A stretch of 64,000 nt of DNA from Candidatus Latescibacterota bacterium (GTDB lineage: Bacteria; Latescibacterota; UBA2968; GCA-2709665), in contig OZ252100.1 in NCBI GenBank assembly GCA_965248435.1, positions 3,648,001 through 3,712,000 of the forward strand, written 5' to 3'. Shown in pieces: positions 58,162 to 64,000 of the stretch (the stretch's first letter is position 1; each line of letters opens with the position of its first letter). The position numbers were made by a program, and so were the translations under genes. The notes beneath the pieces were generated by a model. It searched no databases and had not been told where the DNA came from. It saw only the letters and a program-made list of their open reading frames with translations.

Positions 58162-58194
58162 CCCCCTTTGGAAAAGGGGGATTGAGGGGGATTT
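58162..58194. repeat. Family B repeat, inverted right unit
   Basis: CCCCCTTTGGAAAAGGGGGATTGAGGGGGATTT, between convergent genes. Confidence 0.78.
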
Positions 58195-58215
58195 CGTAAC
58201 AGCAAACGCAATCTT

Positions 58216-59982
58216 TCACCTACCTTGCGACCCCTGTCTACCGGCGTGCATCTCCGCGCGCAGATGGTCGGTCTGATCCCTGTCCAGGACCGGCGGATCC
58301 CCTTCAAGAATGACCACGCCGTATTCCTTCCTTGCGTGATTTCTGGTCACTCTTTCTTCCAGAACATCCTTCAACACGTGCTCGGGGTCCCGCTCCAACG
58401 GGTCGCCGTTTCCGCCGCCTCCGGGGAGGAGGTGGCTGAATAGGTCACCCTTCACAAGCGTGACGGGATCGGTGATCAGGACGGGCAGCATCCGGTTTTC
58501 CGTGTCGGGATTGACGATGCTCCAGGTCGGCGCCCCCGGCTTTCCGCCGTTCAGTCCGTGCGGGGGGTAGCGCCGCTTGTCGGTCCGGACGGTGAGCACG
58601 GCTTCGTCGGCCAGGACGCGGACGTCGCGGACGGTGGAGAGCCCGCCTCTGAACTTGCCCGGGCCCCCGGTGTCCGGGAGATAGCTGTAGCGCTCGACGC
58701 GGAGGGGCTGTTCCGCTTCGATCATCTCGATCGGGACGTTGGACTGGTTGGCGCCCATGTGGGGTACGCCCTCCTGGCCGTCGTGGGTGGTGGCTCCTCC
58801 CCAGGTTCCCCAGATGGTCTCGACGTAGACGAACGGCTTGCCGTCCTGGTAGCCCCCATACCCGACGAGGGTGGATCCGCCGTTGCCGTCCGCCGTTACC
58901 CTGTCGGGCACGGCCTGGGCCAGCGCGCCGAAGATGCAGTCGATCATGCGAAACCCGGAGATGCCGCGGGCCCCACACGGGAAGGGGTGCTGCGGGTTGA
59001 CCACCGTGCCTTCCGGAGCGATGACCGTGATCGGACGATTGAAGCCGTGGCTGTTAGGGATGTCGGAGGCCATCACGCACTTGATTGCCGTGTAGGCGGC
59101 GGCTTTGGTAAACGGAACCGGGGAATTGATACCGCCCTTCACGGCAGGGGACGTCCCGGTCCAGTCGACGATGATCTCCTCGCCCTCGACAGTGAGTTTC
59201 AGCTTGAAGATGATGGGCTCGGTGTCTGACCCGAGGCCGTCCAGGTGGTCCGTGAATTCGTAGGTGCCATCCGGGATACCGGCGATCTCTGCGCGCGCGA
59301 TGCGCTCTGCGTAGTTGTGGATCTCCTCGATGTAGAGGGCCATAGTCTCGGGACCGTAGCGATTGAAGAGATCCGTGAATTTGCGCTCGGCGCCGTGGCA
59401 GGCCGAGATCTGTGCGCCCAGATCGCCCAGCACCTTTTCAGGAAGGCGAACGTTCTGGCGGATGATGTCCCAGATCGACTGGTTGGCCTTGCCGCGATCG
59501 TAGAGTTTGAGGATCGGGATGCGAAGTCCTTCCTGGTAGATCTCTGTCGCTCCGATGGAATTGCTCCCGGGTACGATGCCCCCGACGTCGACGTGATGCG
59601 CGATCGTGGTGGCCCAGCTCCACAGTTCTCCCTCAATGAAGATCGGTTTGATGATGTAGATGTCGGGGAGGTGCTGGCCGCTGGCGCTGTAGGGGTCGTT
59701 GAAGATGTAGATGTCGTCGGGATGGATCCGGCCCTCGTACTGCTCGATCAGGGCTCGCATCGCGTCGTAGAAGCTTCCGAGGTGCAGCGGGGTCGTCAGA
59801 CCCTGGGCGAGGGTCTGACCCTTCGCGTCGCAGAGTGCGGTCGAGTAGTCCATCGCATCCCGAACGATCTCTGAGTAGCCGGTGCGCATGATGATCAGGG
59901 CCATCTCGTCTGCGATCGTGTCGAACGCGTTCTTGATGACTTCCAGGAGGATCGGATTGATTTCAGACGGTGCTGTGCTCAT
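58216..59982 (-). CDS. Hydantoinase B/oxoprolinase family protein
   Basis: NDPYS..QHLPD, AHHVDVGG..PGS, YQEGLRIP, GGPGKFRGG, PGGGGNGDPLERD. Confidence 0.94.
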   Translation of the reverse strand: MSTAPSEINPILLEVIKNAFDTIADEMALIIMRTGYSEIVRDAMDYSTALCDAKGQTLAQGLTTPLHLGSFYDAMRALIEQYEGRIHPDDIYIFNDPYSASGQHLPDIYIIKPIFIEGELWSWATTIAHHVDVGGIVPGSNSIGATEIYQEGLRIPILKLYDRGKANQSIWDIIRQNVRLPEKVLGDLGAQISACHGAERKFTDLFNRYGPETMALYIEEIHNYAERIARAEIAGIPDGTYEFTDHLDGLGSDTEPIIFKLKLTVEGEEIIVDWTGTSPAVKGGINSPVPFTKAAAYTAIKCVMASDIPNSHGFNRPITVIAPEGTVVNPQHPFPCGARGISGFRMIDCIFGALAQAVPDRVTADGNGGSTLVGYGGYQDGKPFVYVETIWGTWGGATTHDGQEGVPHMGANQSNVPIEMIEAEQPLRVERYSYLPDTGGPGKFRGGLSTVRDVRVLADEAVLTVRTDKRRYPPHGLNGGKPGAPTWSIVNPDTENRMLPVLITDPVTLVKGDLFSHLLPGGGGNGDPLERDPEHVLKDVLEERVTRNHARKEYGVVILEGDPPVLDRDQTDHLRAEMHAGRQGSQGR

Positions 59983-62060
59983 TTCTTCGCCTCGATGATG
60001 ACCTGACCCATAGGATCGGTGGATGCGGTCCAGTCCGGCGGTACGACCGCGGTGGCGTCATACTCCTCGAGAATGAGTGGACCCTCCTGTGGGGTCGTCG
60101 AGAGATCGCCGCGTGTGACGATGAGCGTTTCGATCGTTCCGATCTCCGGACCGAAGTAGGCTGCCCGTTTCAGTGAGTCTCCTTCACCCTCATCGGACGG
60201 CATTTGAAAAGCGTGGGGACGTTCCGTCAGGACCTTACCTGTGACCCCTACGCTTACGGTCTCGATCGGTTTGTCTCCAGAGAGTCTGTGGCCGTAGGTC
60301 TTTTCGTGTTCTTCCTCGAAAAGCTGTTCCATGTCGCGGACCTTGCCGTCGCCCAGCGGCCCGTTCGGAACCGGTAGAGAGAGCTCGAATGCCTGACCGA
60401 CGTAACGAAGGTCTGCCGATCGCCGCAGCGTCACCTGCTGTGGATCGTAGCCCATGTGTTGGAGGACTTCCTGTTCAAGCGCCACGTAGTGGGCGGTGAG
60501 CTCCTCGGGCGAAATCTGCGAGGTTTTGGAGAGAAACGCCCTGGACAGGGAGTGCTCGATATCAGAAAAGAGGAGTCCGAGCGCGCTGAATACGCCCGCC
60601 GCGGGTGGAATGACGACACGCTCGATCTCCATTTCGCGCGCCAGGCTGACGGCGTGCACGCCGCCGCTCCCGCCGAAAGCGAAGAGGGTGAAGTCCCGGG
60701 GGTCTCGACCCCGGTAGGTGGTCACCGCCTTGACCGCGCGCATCATGTTGGCGTTCGCGATCGTGTGGATGCCGTAGGCCGCTTCGAGCAGATCGCGGCC
60801 GAGCGGTGTGGCGATCTCCTGCTCAATGACGGCCCGCGCTTTGTCCGCGTTCAGACTCACGGATCCCCCCGCGAGCGCCTTCGGATTCAGGTATCCGAGG
60901 ACGAGGTTGGCATCCGTCACCGTGGGCTGTTCTCCTCCGGTGTCGTAGCAGACCGGTCCCGGCGCGGCACCCGCGCTCAGGGGGCCGACCTTGAGGGAAC
61001 CTGCCTTGTCCATCCAGACGATGCTGCCTCCTCCAGCGCCGACTTCGGAGATGTCGATCACCGGCAGCTTCAGGGCGTATCCCCCGCCCTTGACCAGCTG
61101 ATTGCTCAGCGAGATCCCACCTCCGACTTCGTACTCGTCGGTCCGCACGAGCTGACCGTTCTCGATAAGCGAGGCCTTGGCCGTCGTCCCGCCCATGTCC
61201 AGCGTGATGAGGTCCCGATCCCCCGTGACGGTGGCCATGTGGGCTGCGCCGATCACACCGGCCGCGGGACCGCACTCCACGATCTGGGCCGGTCTGTCCA
61301 GGATCAGCTCAGCGTCCAGGACGCCGCCGCTGGACTGCATGACGAGGAGGCGCCCGCCCCATCCCCTTTCGTGAAGTTGATCGATCAGCGATTCGAGATA
61401 GTCCCTCACCGGAGGTCCGACGTAGCTGTTGATCACCGTCGTGCTCGTGCGTTCGTATTCCCGGATCTGCGGAAGGATTTCGATCGAGAGGCTGACGAAG
61501 GCATCCGGAAGTTCGGTGCGGAGCAGATCGCCCACTATCCGTTCGTGATCCGGGTTCGCGTAGGAGTGCAGGAAGCACACCGCAACCGCATCGACACCGG
61601 CCGACTTGATTTTCTGGATGGCTCGGTCCAGGTCCGCCCGATCGAGCGGCTCGATCACTTCTCCGTCAGGGCCGACGCGTTCGGTGACCTCGAGGCGGAG
61701 CTGGCGGGGCACGAGCGGTTGGGGCTTGACATACAGAGGTTCGTAGAGGCGAGGAATCCTGATCCTGCGGAGTTCCAGGATGTCACGAAACCCTCTCGTC
61801 GTGATCAGGGCCGTTTTCGCGCCCTTATTCTCCAGGATCGCGTTCGTGGCGACGGTACATCCGTGAAGCAATTCGCTTACCGAGTCGAGGGACATGTTCG
61901 TTTCCGACGCCAATTCTTCCAGCCCCCTGATGACGCCCTTCGCGTAATCTTCGGGCGTAGAGGGGACCTTCCGGGAGGCAATGCCGCCGTCGGGCGTCAG
62001 AAACGCGATGTCAGTGAAGGTGCCGCCGATGTCGGCGGCGATTCGGTGCGTGGTGGGCAT
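59979..62060 (-). CDS. Hydantoinase A/oxoprolinase family protein (ATP-binding)
   Basis: DIGGTFTD, HGCTVATNA, REYERTSTT, DMGGTT, GAGGGS, FGGSGGVHA. ATGA overlap with subunit B. Confidence 0.94.
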   Translation of the reverse strand: MPTTHRIAADIGGTFTDIAFLTPDGGIASRKVPSTPEDYAKGVIRGLEELASETNMSLDSVSELLHGCTVATNAILENKGAKTALITTRGFRDILELRRIRIPRLYEPLYVKPQPLVPRQLRLEVTERVGPDGEVIEPLDRADLDRAIQKIKSAGVDAVAVCFLHSYANPDHERIVGDLLRTELPDAFVSLSIEILPQIREYERTSTTVINSYVGPPVRDYLESLIDQLHERGWGGRLLVMQSSGGVLDAELILDRPAQIVECGPAAGVIGAAHMATVTGDRDLITLDMGGTTAKASLIENGQLVRTDEYEVGGGISLSNQLVKGGGYALKLPVIDISEVGAGGGSIVWMDKAGSLKVGPLSAGAAPGPVCYDTGGEQPTVTDANLVLGYLNPKALAGGSVSLNADKARAVIEQEIATPLGRDLLEAAYGIHTIANANMMRAVKAVTTYRGRDPRDFTLFAFGGSGGVHAVSLAREMEIERVVIPPAAGVFSALGLLFSDIEHSLSRAFLSKTSQISPEELTAHYVALEQEVLQHMGYDPQQVTLRRSADLRYVGQAFELSLPVPNGPLGDGKVRDMEQLFEEEHEKTYGHRLSGDKPIETVSVGVTGKVLTERPHAFQMPSDEGEGDSLKRAAYFGPEIGTIETLIVTRGDLSTTPQEGPLILEEYDATAVVPPDWTASTDPMGQVIIEAKK

Positions 62061-62235
62061 CGGCGATCGTGTGATATTGAGTCTCTGTAGAATGAAAAGC
62101 GATGGAGTAAAGCCTCAATATAATGTATACTGTTGAATCACGAAAGCGCACGAAAATCCACAAAAAGCACGAAGTAGCCCGCTATCCGTCTGTCAAATTG
62201 CATCACGGTAACTGTCGGGAAGAGGAAGAGGCGCT

Positions 62236-64000
62236 ATGAGTCATTCGCGGCTGAGGCTGAAACTTGAGTACAGAGACTACTTCAAGCAGGCCCTGACGTT
62301 CGGCTGGCCCGCGGGACTTAAATCGAAGTCCGCTGACGCGAGTGTTATCGTCACGCAGCCCTACGGGTTCGAACAGAAACTGACCGGGAAAGCGAAACGG
62401 GTTGGCGATCGGGGCGAAGTCGTGATCACCTATCCGCTGGTGGACGAGGGCCGGTTTGCTCCGGTTATGTCAAGCGCGACAGATCCGGAGGGTGCCAAGC
62501 GTTGGGGGATGCGTGCCTATCGATTCCAGCTCACACTCAAGGCTGGAAGGAAGACCGTGGGCTCGGGAATCTTGAGGCTGGACCCGAACGACTTCTTCGG
62601 GGAGATCGGGGGCATGAAGCTGGCTCAGGTGGATTCACTTCGGCAGTTCATCGAGTGCTGCCCTGAGCGGCCCGCGTTTATCGACACGACGGAGGCGGGC
62701 TTTACGATTCGTACGATTCCTGGCCGGGTGAAGACCTGTTCGGTGAAGGTCGAGGTTGTGGACCCGAAAAGCCATAAGCGACTCGCCGGTCCTCTCAACT
62801 TGAAATTGAACGGGAAGGTGAAGCGGTGCAGCTTTGACGGAACGAAGTGGGGGCGCGGCGAGTTCTGGCTTCGTGTCAGGATTTATCAGGGGAGCAAGGC
62901 GGTCGGTCCTTATCTGGTGCGTCAGATCTTCATGGAGACCCCCTACACGCCGAAGCGATCTCTGAATCCGCTTCGCGTCGGACATTCGCCGCAGTACATG
63001 GTAGACGGCTGGATCTTCGGTTCTTCCTCCGGGCTGCAGCACGCGCCGGATCAACTTGAGGTCGTGTCGGACGGACCGATTGCGGAGATCGACCGCCCCT
63101 GGGAGCAGGGTCCCGACCACTTGGGCATGAACTCATTCACCTATGACAAAGAAGCAGGCCAGTTTCGGGCCACCTATTACGCCGGTCCACTCACCGAGGA
63201 CGAGCGGCTGTGGAAGATGGGCGTGCGGTCGACGATCACCGCCCATTCCACAAGATATCTGTGTCTGACAGTTTCGAATGACGGAGTGAAATGGGAAAAA
63301 CCGGATCTGGGCCTCGTAGAATACAAGGGATCCAGGAAGAACAATATCCTGAGAGACAAGTCGGGCGAAGATTTCCTGATGTCAGGAGAGTTCGACAGTT
63401 TTCCGGCGCCTGTGAAGGAGCGCCCGCTTCCAAGGAAGTATCGTTACCGGTTCTACGATCCGAAGAAGGACGGTCCGGTGGACATGGACAACTTCGTGTT
63501 CCGGGTGTTCCTTAACCAGAGCATGGAGCCTGCTGACCAGTTCAAAGGGGGGTTCCGACCGAAGCACCGGGAGTTCTGGGGATTCGAGCGGCGCGGGGAC
63601 ACTTTTCTGGCGCTGACACACCGGCCTATGCTCACTGGTGGGCGGGGCCTGCATTTAACGCATACGGGTGAGCGGGCGTCCACGTATCCGTTCGCTGGAG
63701 AACCGTTCTGCCTCGGCTACCCAGGGGGTGGGTCTACGGCCACGTTCTACCATCGGCAGAGCAAAACGTTTTTATACTATTACCGACCGGACTATCCGGC
63801 CTATCCTCCTCACGGGCTTCCCTACTACCTCTGGCATCGTGAGGCGGCCATCCGCACGCGCGCGGTGATGTGGACGCGGGACGGTTTCCACTGGGATCGG
63901 CGTCAACAGGTTGTGCCCGACGAACACGACCCGCCAGGTACGACGCTCTACGGGTTCGGGTTTATCAGGCCGGCGGGCAAAGCGGTGAGCGATACGGACG
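62236..64000 (+). CDS. Five-bladed propeller GH-like protein with a long N-terminal extension, truncated by the window edge
   Basis: Absent from the ORF track. My translation from ATG 62236 is open to the end: MSHSRLRLKLEY...IDRPWE...SNDGVKWEKPDLGLVEYKGSRKNNIL...TRDGFHW...PDEHDPPGTTLYG. Confidence 0.75.
   Translation, partial: MSHSRLRLKLEYRDYFKQALTFGWPAGLKSKSADASVIVTQPYGFEQKLTGKAKRVGDRGEVVITYPLVDEGRFAPVMSSATDPEGAKRWGMRAYRFQLTLKAGRKTVGSGILRLDPNDFFGEIGGMKLAQVDSLRQFIECCPERPAFIDTTEAGFTIRTIPGRVKTCSVKVEVVDPKSHKRLAGPLNLKLNGKVKRCSFDGTKWGRGEFWLRVRIYQGSKAVGPYLVRQIFMETPYTPKRSLNPLRVGHSPQYMVDGWIFGSSSGLQHAPDQLEVVSDGPIAEIDRPWEQGPDHLGMNSFTYDKEAGQFRATYYAGPLTEDERLWKMGVRSTITAHSTRYLCLTVSNDGVKWEKPDLGLVEYKGSRKNNILRDKSGEDFLMSGEFDSFPAPVKERPLPRKYRYRFYDPKKDGPVDMDNFVFRVFLNQSMEPADQFKGGFRPKHREFWGFERRGDTFLALTHRPMLTGGRGLHLTHTGERASTYPFAGEPFCLGYPGGGSTATFYHRQSKTFLYYYRPDYPAYPPHGLPYYLWHREAAIRTRAVMWTRDGFHWDRRQQVVPDEHDPPGTTLYGFGFIRPAGKAVSDTD

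Noticed and set aside
18774-62090. Long antisense ORFs (e.g. 18774..20063, 20472..22055, 52042..53349, 60456..62090)
   Set aside because: They lie antisense to well-supported genes in GC-rich DNA and show no protein motifs. They recur in paralogs only because the sense genes are similar.
62140-62174. CACGAAA-type short repeats and TATAAT (62119) as a defined promoter or operator
   Set aside because: The spacing is irregular and there is no matching -35, so the evidence is too weak to annotate.

Overview
GC-rich bacterial window. Its gene content resembles uncultured Latescibacterota/Poribacteria-like genomes (inference only). Most of it is a ~52 kb co-oriented (+) catabolic island (980-53424) built from paralog sets. 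These are 7 BNR/Asp-box sialidase-fold proteins, 4 five-blade-propeller GH-like proteins (a fifth is truncated at the right edge), 3 HpcH/HpaI aldolases, 3 GHL10-like TIM-barrel proteins, 2 FG-GAP proteins, 2 D-2-hydroxyacid dehydrogenases, 2 PmoA-like/DUF6807 proteins and 5 Gfo/Idh/MocA oxidoreductases (a sixth lies just outside on the minus strand). The island also carries single GGT, RraA/HMG aldolase, DapA-like, TauD, amidohydrolase and DUF6785/6784-type transporter genes. Flanking genes are MlrC/M81 (partial), an M19 dipeptidase, a second amidohydrolase and hydantoinase/oxoprolinase A+B. An intact ISL3 (1322 bp, 8-bp target duplication) sits in the loop of a palindromic repeat. Many spacers carry REP-like hairpins or heptamer microrepeats, and one site has three small elements nested inside each other. 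The strongest signals are segmental mosaicism and active-site substitutions among the paralogs, and repeats marking duplication junctions. I saw no rRNA, tRNA, CRISPR, reverse transcriptase or transcriptional regulator. Family assignments come from motif recognition by eye; no searches were run.
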